In this document: positions 52,056 to 64,000 of the stretch, in pieces
Position numbering within the stretch: position 1 is the stretch's first letter
How the letters are laid out: every line of letters starts with the position of its first letter
Source: Trichoplax adhaerens
Lineage: Eukaryota; Animalia; Placozoa
Length of the DNA stretch: 64,000 nt
Direction: 5' to 3'
Assembly: GCF_000150275.1 (NCBI RefSeq)
Contig: NW_002060944.1
Location: forward strand, 127,614-191,613
Notes under the pieces: model-generated
The model's input: the letters and a program-made list of their open reading frames with translations, nothing else
Databases searched by the model: none
Told to the model about the DNA's origin: nothing
Position numbers and translations under genes: made by a program

Positions 52056-53377
52056 CTTACGCAAGCTATTATGAGAATGCTAAAAGTCAATTTTATATAC
52101 GATAGCATACGCTAATTCTCAATACTTAATGCCTTGAATTGGTGTACTGTATTATGACTTAATCCAATTGATACTGTGAAAGGTATACGCAAGTATGGTG
52201 AATTGGAAAGGTGATCACCATTTTTAACTCAACACAGTCTAGCTTTAACGAATCACAAAATTATATATATCAACTCGGGTACGCTGCTTGAATGCATTAG
52301 GATAGTAGAAAGGCCACTACATCAATATCAATGATCAAGGTATACGAGTACGATTGCTTTTAATTTCTTGAACATTTTACAAACACAGTATGATCAATAA
52401 TTACGCGCTTTGAGTACAAATTTTCAGTAACTTCTAAGTCAATTTTAAAAGTGTAAAGAGAATAATGTGAAAATTGTTACGTATTGATTCTCAATCTTAT
52501 ACCGGTTTAGCGTGAACTAATTTAAGCACTATGCTCTATAACTGTAGATGTCTTTTATGTCAGGGTTAGGCTTAGGGTGGATATTGATTCCCAATACTAT
52601 AAACGCATTTGCAGAACAATGTGCAATATACAGTTTAAGGATTTAAACCACTACTTCAAGTATTACTTATCTACAATCCATGATATAAACAATGAAAGTT
52701 CAATAGTCAGGAGTTTAGATAACAATGTATTTCGTTTATTCATGTTTTATTAATATAAACTATTACAAATCACAAATACATATTAGATCAGATCATCACA
52801 CAATCTAATACATCAAACATTGGTTGAAAGTTGTACAATCAACTGCATTCCAGTGATCACAGATACTCTTGTTGTATACTGCATGAAGCCATTTCAACAA
52901 GATATAGCAATCTAAGGTCACACACTATTTAATCATCGATGAATTACACCAATAGCTCCAGTAACATTACTAATAACGCACGCACTTATAAGTATTGCAC
53001 GACACAGATCAAATTTCCCAATTTATTATTATGATACCCATACAAATAAAATATAAATTGAAATAAAAGAACATTTTAGTTACGTTTAGAAAGATTACCT
53101 ATGATCTCACACTACAACCTGACAACAGTTTAGTAAGGGTTCACAATTTACGATTAAAAATGTTACCTCATAATCCTGTAGCTAAATCAAAAATCGTACA
53201 AAAGATGCATCGGTAATAGGTCATTACTAAAATGGTGTTGCTTACTGGAATTATTATCTATTCTATGACCGCAAAGCGTCATAGTAGAATACCCTATATT
53301 AATTGTATTATTCATAGTAAGGGTATTATTATGATTTCATTTTGATAATAACTTATTCAGCAGATGAACAATGTTTA

Positions 53378-56300
53378 CTAATTCCAGTCTTTTTTAATAT
53401 CGAATGACCATTCCCACGATAAATAGATATTTTTATCGTCATCAGTGAATTTACTCTTAACTGAGTAGTGTCCACGCGAAAGCATACCTTTCGGTGCTTC
53501 TTCAACAGGGGTTGTGTAATGATGACTATTAGGACTTGGTCCATAACTACCAACCATGTAGGAACTTTTGTCCACTGAAACATCAGACGTTATCGTTTAG
53601 AAGGATGAAAAAGAATTAACCGTAAGCTATATCGGCACCCGAATAGCCCTAATCAGATACTAAATAACTACATACGTATAATGAAGTACATAGCTGAAGA
53701 AGTCAAATTTATATAGTACACGAAGTAGTGAATAAAAGATGAAAAGCATTATTACAAAATTTCAAGTCACGGTATGACTTTAAAAATACCTCTGATGCCT
53801 TTTCGTGATACGACTTGCATGTATTTTAATCCTGACACGATTTCATGTTGAATCTACATTAAAAAAAAGTCAATTTAGATAGTAAATTAATAGGTAGCTT
53901 TGATGAATAGGTGTATTTCGCAATCTTGTAAGAATGCGTCATGACATCAATTCTTTAAACTTAATCAAATACACATTTCGAGTCTATATTTACAGTAGGG
54001 TCATAAACATCACAAACTATTGAAATTAGAATTTTTGAACCGAAACAACCGCTACAGTCGATTCAGGAATCACTACTCATAATGCAAGCCTAGTTACACG
54101 AACTGCGTAATCTGCATGACAGCCTTAACTGGTAATCATTTATACCACCAACTTAACGGATATAAATACTGTCTATCATACAACAAATTGGTTATGAAAA
54201 GAAATAGCCAATTTCACATCGTTGCAAAATAAATTATCGTAACATAATTCAACCACTGTCGAGCGTGACTGTTGTACGATGGACAACAGAGTAGTTCTAG
54301 TGACTTAGTCAAAATTAGTTACGGAGTATTTAGTAGTTTATAAACTTTTGGATAGCCAACAATTTTGAACAGATTATATTTACGTACCTTAAAAGAGATT
54401 TTGATCCGATATTCACATCCTTCCTTAATCGTAATAGCCCGCTCTTTCAGTTTGGATATATCACCTAGAGTAACACGTATCAAAATTAACACAAGTGCTC
54501 TATTCCATATAACAGAATAATTTCTTGTGCCACAATTTTAGTGGTACATAAATGTTTATCTCGTCTTCTCTATGTTAACTCGGTTAACCAATTTCGATAA
54601 AAATCAAGATATCAATCACGATGCTATGTAGTAACTCCAATTACAATAAATTTATACACTAGCGATATTCCATTCTAACGTTAAAACTTCATTTTCTTGA
54701 TAATTATCAAGGTCAACTTGAATTCAACGATTTAATTTATATTTAATAAGGTATTACTTATATATCCAGGAAATGAAATGTACAATTAGGAAAACTATGA
54801 CAATGCTTAATACTATTTACATTTACAAATCTATTTTGTGATATAGTAAATGACAATTGATACATTAAACCAGTATAATGACTGTTGAAATTACATTTGA
54901 TACATTAAATCGGTATTCATAACTATTGTCACTAAGAAGAAGCAGTCTTGATCGACAACCATGAACATAAACGTCATTGATGCATTACACAGTTACATGA
55001 TGTAATGTTGAAAATCTCGAAATTCTTCACTACAAATTACGCTATAAGTGAAAAATGTTTATAAAAGCGACTTACCTGTGAGATCTAAGGAGAAGTCATC
55101 GCGACCTTCGACAACTAGAGAGATTTTTTGAACAATTACTTTTCGGGGATCAGAAGAATCTAGTATGGATGAAGGATAAATATCGTTAGTGATCGGTATT
55201 ATAAATGAATATAAAATTTTACGAATACGTAATCAATCCTTTTAACAATCAAATATAAAAGAGTTATGCTGCAACATGGGCTGTATCAACCAACTTTTTG
55301 CCATGTAATGGCTTAAGTATGAGGGTTTAAAACAGTACTGTGTAAGTATTCCCTATCCGGAAAAGTGTAAAAAAAATATCAGTTGTATTAATTGCCAAGT
55401 CATACTGTCCTCAATAAAAAGCGCTGAAGTTAATGTTCCCGTCGCATTTTACGTAAGTATAGAACGCATGCAATCTAGGGTTTGTTTGGCTTACGTTAGT
55501 AATAAAATTAGAAAATCTTTATAGCAAGGGCTACGGAATGGATGACTTAATCAATGGCATCCGATAAGTACGCTAATTTCATTAGTACCATTTACATTTT
55601 ATCTGATGACGCTGTCGCTGCTTCCTATCCGATACAGACACACACTTTGTACTGCATAATTTTATTTGAAGAAAACTTATTGTACTAAAATTCAAGGTTA
55701 AACTTTTGAAGGCACCCTGAGCAATCTACAACATTCAATCAATGCTATAGCCATTTCAGCATCATGGTACCTTATAAAGTCATTGAATACAGCTCTACAA
55801 TCTAGACGTGCAATAGGGTATCATCATGGACTACTCCATAGGGTAGATTAAGTTACTTTAGTATAGCTTGTAAATTACATTATTACAAAATTTTCGGTAA
55901 AAATAATATAATTTTGATATTCCCCGCAATTCACGGTGGATTGGCATTTCAACATGTCCATGATGTCCACATAGACGAGTAGTTGTGTCTTTTATCCTCT
56001 ACCCAAAATGGGGGATGTTTAGCAGATCATGTTGGAAGTCTATTTACTCAATTAATATGAAAATTACAGCACAAAAAGCAAAAACACGTTTTGAGATGTG
56101 AAAGTTTTTTACAACACCACCTGCAACCATTTCGTCATACCGCTTTACAGTACTTTGATCGAAAGTAAAGTAAAGTAAAGTAAGAGATTCAAATTGAAGT
56201 CCGATATTAGAAAGACAGTAAGCTATTTGTTCTAATCGTGTATCAGCTGTTGATAATTAATTTGTATGATAATTGCATAGTAGCGACCAGTATTTTGCGA

Positions 56301-58257
56301 TCCTATGGTAGCGACAAAGATTATGTTTCTGCAAGGGAGTAAAAAGATATCCATTCGTTGTCTGTCAACTCTATTTGCAGTATAACAAATAGGCACAATA
56401 ATTAGGTAGTTCTTTCTGCATGCATCGTGCTTTACCATCTTTGTTTTATTTGCGGTCAACTAGGAGCGTATTAGCGTCTATACTATAAAGTATCGAGCAA
56501 ATAGACGAGTAAATTAAAGATGGCGTACAGGTACAATTTTATCGTTGATCTTTCATCAATATCATAGCCCTCTTTTTTACTTTGATTTACTGTGCTAAAC
56601 GACTTATGGGAGTTTCATTCTCCAGGTTGGTGGATTAAGCGGTATTCACAATATTATGACAATACTACTATAGCTGTAATTGTTTTTTATCATAGCCAAT
56701 ATGCTATCACAATACTTACTTTACAATTTTGCAATGATACTTATTGAAAGGCTGATTAAAAGCATGAATGGTCAGTGTTGGAGCCATTTTTTTTCTTATA
56801 GAATACAAGTGTAACCGCACATTGTAAAACAGTAGAATGTTCTTTCAATAATTCTAATGGAAAGGATGCTTAGGGGAAAAAGGTCGGAGAAACCTATCAG
56901 GACTCCCTAGCCCACTAATAATTATATCTCTCTATCAGCAGCCATTTAGACCAGTAATCTCAACATGCCTACTCATTAATCTGTCCTAACAATGTTGAAT
57001 ATGGTGTTAATCCTCTTACCCTATTTAGACACAAGTTGTTGATTACTAATTTAGGTCTTATGCGGAAGTATTGGTAGCATTTTGGGAATTTTCTCGAGCG
57101 AAAAGAGATGACACTATTGAAGAAGGGTTGAGAAAAAAATGGTTTGTCAAACAGTGAATGCTATATTCGCTACTTGCCCAGACTCCAGTAATAGATGGAA
57201 GAAATCTTTGCATGTATGAGCGGACGGATAACTAATCTATCATACGTTTACAAGAATATAACGCCTTGAAGATGAGATTTATGAAGTAGAAGTGCGTGTT
57301 ACTGGATGCTGTTGGTGACAATTTCAACTCGAAAGTGAGGTATTCAGAAATCAAATTCTCATTGATTGATCATGCAGCCATTCTAACTATCAAGGCAGAG
57401 TGCCGATGAAGAAAAGTAGGACTTACTATCCACAGTAAATTGAGTCCCCGTAGGCCAGTATGACCATGATGGGAACGCACCCAAAGGGTGTACTTCGAAC
57501 TTTCATGTAGACATGTAGAATGTACTTATCATTGGATAAAATCAATGGAGTATTTTCCACTTGGCAATAACCAATTGATGTGGACATGCAGAGCGTTACT
57601 ATTGCGACTAGGGAGGATATGAAAAAATTGAATTTGTGATCAATCTTTGACGACTACTCTATTACAGTGACGACTTGAAATCAGCCACTTACTCCACCTT
57701 GACTCATTGACAAGGCGATATACTGTTGATGCAATTTGAAAGGGAAATTTGTGCTAGAGTACAGTATGCCATTAGGGATGATCAGTCGAGCAGTCGTAGA
57801 TACCGATCATGTGGAATAGTAGAACTCCTATCTATCCCTTGGCCACAATTTTGGCCAACTTTCCTCTAACGTGAAAGTCCGTCCCTGTCATTGGACGTCG
57901 TCCATTGGCTGTAGTTTTACACTAGACTGTTGTACAAGTACGATAGTCCTTGATCATGGTTAGAAAGCGCTACCCAGGCAAAAGATTTGCAAGAAATAGT
58001 TGCTAGTTTACGTTGTGGGGGATATCCCATCTGATCAAGCAAGATGATAGGATTTCTCAACGAGGTAGTCGTTTCCCCTTTTTCTTACCTCCAACGTTTC
58101 CACCGGCCGCCGCGGCGCCAAGCAGAGCTTGCTTATATCGTACTAAACTTTCATCCTCCTTATCCAGATTTTGAATCTCTTCGATCGATTTCATTTCGGG
58201 TGCTTTATATCCTGGGGTTTCCTCAGGGGCTATATCAGCTTCTTCTTGTTCAGCCAT
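53378..58257 (-). CDS. ARHGDI: Rho GDP-dissociation inhibitor (RhoGDI), copy 1, 196 aa, 5 coding exons
   Basis: Exons (-): 58257-58089, 55159-55076, 54464-54388, 53853-53790, 53574-53378. Motifs [84 protein letters not shown]. 5'UTR intron 58260-58385. Confidence 0.96.
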
Positions 58258-58388
58258 ACCTGACTTTTGCAAATAAATCGACTTGAAACGAGTAGAACGC
58301 AGACGGCAGGGATTAAAATGGAAGAGAAATGAGGAAAAATAATTTTCTGCCTTCGACTTAGCCCAACAGGCGAAGAAAAGCTTACCGT

Positions 58389-58610
58389 CTACAGTACGGA
58401 GAATTGAGGTGTGTACTGTACACTGTACACTGTACTGCACTCTGGACCGGACCAGACCATCAACTCGTAGTTGATAAAAGGGATTGAACCGAACCGGACC
58501 GAACCGAACCGACCTTCCTCAAGTCTACGGCATCAAGGCTGGAAGTACAGTCCATACTGTACAGTGGACTGGTGTAAAGTACTGTAACAAAAGTACTGTG
58601 CACTGTACAA
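58389..58610. promoter_or_regulatory. RhoGDI-1 5' region with ACTGTAC arrays and (GAACC/GGACC)n pentamer repeats
   Basis: GTACTGTACACTGTACACTGTACTG at ~58413-58437; GAACCGAACCGGACCGAACCGAACCGACC at 58486-58514; adjacent to the 5'UTR donor at 58385. Confidence 0.5.
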
Positions 58611-58635
58611 CAGACCCAAACAGTGTCCTGTCTCG

Positions 58636-59541
58636 GATTCATTTATCGATGGCACCTTGAAAAACTAGAATTGTGTCTGTTCAATCAGGCCCAAACGAGT
58701 TCAATTCTATCGGTAGTGGTAGTCTAATATCCATGGAGATATCCTTCTACGGGTATCTATTAATATTCTACTGGAATTTCAACGGAATGCAACTTGGATT
58801 TTTGAACCAAGGGGTGCTATCGAAAATAATTAGAATCAGAGTGTACAGTACAGCGGACGGGGGCGTAAAGTACTGTACATTCTACATTCGATCCAAACCT
58901 TTCCCAGGAAAAGCCACTGAAACGGCTCTTCTACTCTATACTGTAGTCTGTAGAGTCTATCGTATACAGGATCTTGCTACAACTTGTCCAAGTTTCCATT
59001 TTTTAGTGGATACCTTGATAGGTTTTAGTTCATGGAAGTGGAGGTAGATGGCTTGAATTTGACATAGGCGCACCGAAAATATGGATTAATTTTGCTACCA
59101 ATGCATTAAAAATAGATAGGCATTTCAGCAGCATTTCTGGATATGTTGTAGGGAAATGAGTTGGATCTCGACTGCATAATAATACCGTCGAGATTCTTTG
59201 TAACATTGTAGTGTACAGCCTGATTCATTTCGATGGCACCCTGAAAAGAGATCATTGAACAGCGTTGTTCACATTTAAATGCTGAATGTTAGAAGGGATA
59301 TATGTAAATATTGTATTATATTACTCAGAAATTTCAACCGAAGGCAACTTTGATTTTTCAACCAAAAGGTGCCATCGAAAGTAATCAGACTTCATCATCA
59401 TAATAATAATAACAATAATCAGACTGTTGTACACAATTAAATGCGGAATGTTAGAAGGGGTATATGCAAATATTACTCAGGAATTTCAACGGAATGCAAC
59501 TTTGACTTTTTTAACCAAAGGGTGCCATCGAAAGTAATCAG
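58636..59541. mobile_element. Cluster of MITE-like elements with ~20-bp imperfect terminal inverted repeats (58636-58831, 59220-59388, partial 59426-59541)
   Basis: Left end (CT)GATTCATTTCGATGGCACC versus right end GGTGCCATCGAAAGTAATC(AG). The shared internal block GAATTTCAAC.GAA.GCAACTT.GA.TTTT..AACCAA occurs in all three copies. Confidence 0.65.
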
Positions 59542-61956
59542 ACTTCAACTCTTTTACTACCGTAGTAGCCGTTGCCTGTTTTCTTTCGTTTTATACAGCG
59601 CAAGTGCTCATCCAAAAGCAGTCTGCCATGACTATGGCGATGGCTATAGTGTCCACTACTGTAGTAAATTTCAGGTTAAGTTGAACAAGAGAAGAAATGA
59701 TGCCGCACTCGTCTGCTCATAGTTGATCGTTTCTTCTTCAATTACCCCTTGAATCAAGACATTTTTTCCACAGTAATTCATTCCTTTCCATTTTACATGC
59801 TGTAGCCGGCTCCGGACTGTGATTTATCCGACATCAAAATCCCAGGATGTGGTACTTCTAAATGGAAAGCAGGAAACCTGGACCTGTTGAGCCACGTCGA
59901 AGAGGAAATTGCAACAATTCCTAATCAGCCTCTGCCTTGACTAATGTCTTTTGCAACTGGCAAGTGTTCTCGACTCCTTTTATCGCTGACTCATTTGTTT
60001 ATTTCCTTCCATAGAGGTAGAAGAAAATGCTTTGACGAGTAGTCCTGGGCAAATTTTCCCCCTTCTACTATCCGCAATAGACGGATTTGTGCGGCAGTGA
60101 AATAACTGCTAGACAATACTAAGCAAAGGAGTATGGGTACAGTAGGCTAGGGAAAGAGGCGGCTCGAAACTAGGAAAAATGACGTCTTTGCAGTCTTCAA
60201 GCGTACATCATGTCGTAAAGAAGGGTCGATGAATTCAATAGCAATGGAATCAATTTGACATTTGTAGCTTCAATACGATAAATTTCCAAAGTTGTTCATA
60301 CTTTGACTGTTGAGTCTTGACATTGCGGTAAACAGGAGCACAGTTTACAACATGGCCTAACCAATTCTAGAAGTTGACATCGCTGTAAACAGTTGCATAA
60401 TAGAGAAAATGGCGTAACAAATTTCAGTCAGTTTACCTACAGGTTCTTGTAGCCCTCTAATTTAGTCATGAATTACTGATTGATTGAAGAGCGTCATTAC
60501 CATAAATATATAATAATTGCCGTTGCTTACTCAGCTATAACACCTGGTAAAGTTATTTCGATCAGCCTTTCTGCTAACGCCATCGAACCATTTCCTCTAC
60601 AAAAAGCAACCAGTTGATTCCATGAAAAGAATTGTTCGGCCTATGGATCCAATCACACCTTGTTGATCTCTGGTATTAACAAGCTAATTAACTGTTTCAA
60701 TTATTCCATGATCATGCCAACTACCCTATCAATTTCTAGAGGGAAGAAAAATTCATGAAAGCGATGGACAGATTTGATTAATGCCAATACAGTCATGGAG
60801 TCCTTCGTTAATCGGATTACCTACGCCGATATTCGAAGGGATCGATTGTGCCAGAATTCTGTAGTATAATGTCATTAATTTGGGAAGGTTTTTCCTGACT
60901 ATCATGATTGCAGCATAGAATACTGGAATTACTGTGCCAAGCCAACAAGCGGCATACGTAAAAAATAAATACTGCATATTGATCATAACCGGATAAGATT
61001 TCGGATCTTGTACGCTACTTTGTACCGAATGAAATTCCCTTACTGCCATCCAACTTAGCGCAGCCAAGAAACACCTTAGTCTGCCATTCAAAGTCGCAAA
61101 CTATTGCATTTCAAATTGGTTATTGAAAATTCAAGTTTTTACATAATAGGAATTGATCAAGGATGACGACTAATATACGAGTATACCCAACGCAGCTTGC
61201 GAAATATCAACAGTCATGACAACAATTCTTCCAAATGGACACCTTTAGACCGTTTTATTCAACGTTTGCATAAACATCAAAACACAGATTGTACATCACA
61301 TAAGCCACCAAACAGTTCGGTATAGATTAAGCTTGATTAAAAATGCTAACCGCATGCCATTTATGATGCAAAAGCATACGTAAACTTACCGGTTACAATA
61401 ACAAATCATTTTCGAAAACAACATAGAATCCTCTTACGGTATCAACTATTCAATCGTGATTATCATACTCATCAGATTATACACTACTCGCTAAAGGATA
61501 TTTATAAACTTTTTCGAGAGGACTATTAGTACATTGATGTAAATTAATGGTCATAAGATACGACGTTTAAACAACAGTGTTCGAAGGCGATCACTAAAGA
61601 TGACCAGATACATCAAAAATGACGATATAATCTTACATACCATACCACAGTTAAATCATGGTTTAATTAATCAACCTTACAAAAATACGATTAGAAAGAC
61701 TACGATATCCTAGAAATGACCTTAACACATGGTGTTGATGAAATGGAATCAAAAATCATATAACAAATGCATGTAACATGCTTCATTCAATAACTTACTG
61801 TTAATAAACGACTAGCCTACAATCCTACTCGCTAGTTTAATAGTAGTAATATAGGATCAATGATTGGGCGATTCCTCATAATCAAGTGTTTACCAAATGA
61901 GATATCATCAACATTTATTCTGATGATATTTGCCGTAATGCCTTAAATCGCTCAGG

Positions 61957-63591
61957 TTATTCCCAGTCTTTTTTAATATCGAAGGACCATTCCCACGCTA
62001 AGTGAACGTTCTTATCATCATCAATAAATTTGCTCTTAACAACATAGTGACCGCGTGCTATCATACCCTTAGGCGCTTCGTCACTAGGGCATAAATAGGA
62101 TTGTATTTCTGCTTTTGGCCCATAACTACCAACCATGTAAGATTGCTTGTCAACTAAACATAGGATAGAGCCATGATATAGGTAGGATTTAATTTTATGC
62201 CATAAAATTGATGATAAAAGAATGAGTATTATTTTAGGCAATTCGACAAGCACCATGTCATAAATTCATTTTGAAATCAATTCTAGCACTATCCATGCGA
62301 TAGAATAAAGTAAAGTACGGGAAAGATTAACGTTACACTTTTCACTAAAATGAAATCTCCATGACTACTTTTACAATTGATCACTCAGCATCATCGTCTT
62401 AGTACTGTACCTGAGATTCCCTTACGAGACACAGCATGATGATATCTTAATCCGGATACAATTTCATGATGCACCTGTAAAAAGTCGGATGAAGCATATT
62501 ATTTAAGCGAGAGTAACTAAGCAGGAGGTGAATTATACCGTTTACAACATAGAAAAATTATATTTCTGTGTAAATAGTGAATGTATCGTTCAGTAATTAT
62601 CGCGCCATGGCTTTTAAGTGTATATAAAAAGGAAAGGCTATGGAACTACAATAATGCAGTAGAAATTCTCATGACTGCATGGGTAGAGAGAGTGAATCGA
62701 TTTTCAGATTAACTTGTGATAAATATTTCAAGCGGCAATCATAATGTCTGTATTGATTATTCATGATTTATATATTCGCTACATTCTACTTTGATTTGGA
62801 AATTGTTTTATGCTTGTAAAACTATTCTTATACCGTATATATGAACGAGAACGGATGCGAAATCGGTCATTTTGCAAACTGCCCGGGTATTTTGCAAAAT
62901 GACAATACGGCAAGATATTTTGCAAACTTCTCTATATTTCGGTTTAATTTTATCGTAAGCAAGTGCAGACGTTGCTTAATAGATTGCGGCAGATACCTTG
63001 AAAAAGATTTTGATTCGATATTCGGTGCCTTCCTTAATGACTATAGTCTTTTCCTTGAGCTCAGACAAGTCACCTGTAGTATACCATCATATTGGCCGTT
63101 TAGTTCCATTAACATTGCAAGAATATGAGCAAGAGAATAGAGGTTATACAATTCAGTATATTAATATATTTCAGTAATAGCTGCTACTATTGATTTTGAT
63201 TATCTTGATAAATACTTCATTCGTAACAATTATAGGCAGATAATTGCAAATATTAATAAATCCAGCAGTAATCTTTTGAAATCGTATAATAAAAGGATCG
63301 CATTACGCAAAGATGAATGATGAACAAAATACTGAAAGTTAAGAATGTAGTATATTACTCCACTAGTAAATTTCCTGTTCAAATGACCAAGTATATATTC
63401 TATACAAAGTAATACATTAAAAGAAAATTTACAACTAGATTATCTTACTATATATACTTCCTACTGCAGGTATTTCATGCTATCAATTATATTAAGGACA
63501 AAAATGGAAAACGGTTTACCTGTGAGATCAAGTTCGATGTCATCGCGACCCTGGACAACTAACCCCATCTTTTCAACAATTACTCTCCGAG
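61957..63591 (-). CDS. ARHGDI: Rho GDP-dissociation inhibitor, copy 2 (tandem paralogue); first coding exon outside the window
   Basis: Exons (-): 63591-63520, 63073-62997, 62474-62411, 62153-61957. Motifs [81 protein letters not shown]. Confidence 0.94.
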
Positions 63592-64000
63592 CTAAATATG
63601 CAAGCCATAAAAATAATTAGCCGGCTTAATTAAGCAAATGATTATTTCAAGAGATAACGCAGTTCCAATATTAGATTAAGATTAAGGTATAACATAGCGA
63701 AGGAAAATATACGTAATACGTTAAATTATAAGATTTTATGTAATCATTTAATATAGTGTAGATAATACATATACATCTATTGCAGCAATTTTATTGCAAT
63801 ACTTGTATTATTATGTATTAACTTGTGATAATATCCGCCTTAAGGATGTAATAGACGCGGCGTAAATATGTGATTATATGGTAGAAAACTTTATTTCCAT
63901 GGACAAACAGTATCGAAATAAGGCGAAGATTGTATGTATCTTATTTTGTGTATGAAATATTCCACACATTACATTGCTATTTGGATGGGGATTCGTCAGC

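Noticed and set aside
60753-61091. 112-aa minus-strand ORF with a hydrophobic segment
   Set aside because: Non-ATG start, no recognisable motif or splice support; it lies downstream of RhoGDI-2, possibly in its 3'UTR.
2165-63591. Functional prenylation-themed cluster (G-gamma CaaX, gene A CaaX, two RhoGDIs)
   Set aside because: Animal gene neighbours are usually not functionally linked; the genes are far apart and nothing supports co-regulation.
1-64000. tRNA, rRNA, transposase or reverse-transcriptase genes
   Set aside because: None recognised by eye; tRNAscan-SE, Infernal and a repeat-protein search would be needed to exclude them.

Overview
AT-rich, intron-containing eukaryotic (early-branching animal) genomic DNA. 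Composition, short GT-AG introns, single-exon 42-aa TPR arrays and a TPR/death-domain ROCO gene suggest a placozoan such as Trichoplax; this is an inference. Gene models were built by hand from splice sites and reading-frame continuity. In order: a 2-exon G-protein gamma subunit (2165-3834 +); a TPR pseudogene fragment; a three-gene paralogous cluster of gene A (TPR, decayed death domain, CaaX-like end, 6298-9448 +), gene B (TPR-DD-Roc-COR-DD ROCO GTPase, 12593-19455 +) and gene C (MG-start TPR-DD, 25742-29094 +); an uncharacterised single-pass membrane glycoprotein (31511->34632 -); protein disulfide isomerase (42051-47246 -) with a perfect ERSE in its promoter; and two tandem Rho-GDI genes (53378-58257 -, 61957->63591 -). 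The best candidate for an undescribed system is the TPR/DD/ROCO cluster. All 12 predicted introns are phase 1, the modules are reassorted between paralogues, and both GTPase-less paralogues carry predicted lipid-anchor signals, as expected of a receptor/adaptor/decoy set. Non-coding structure includes TACAGTA/TACTGTA arrays at housekeeping 5' ends, a motif exactly 546 bp upstream of both the A and C start codons, MITE-like and Helitron-end-like elements, and several tandem duplications.
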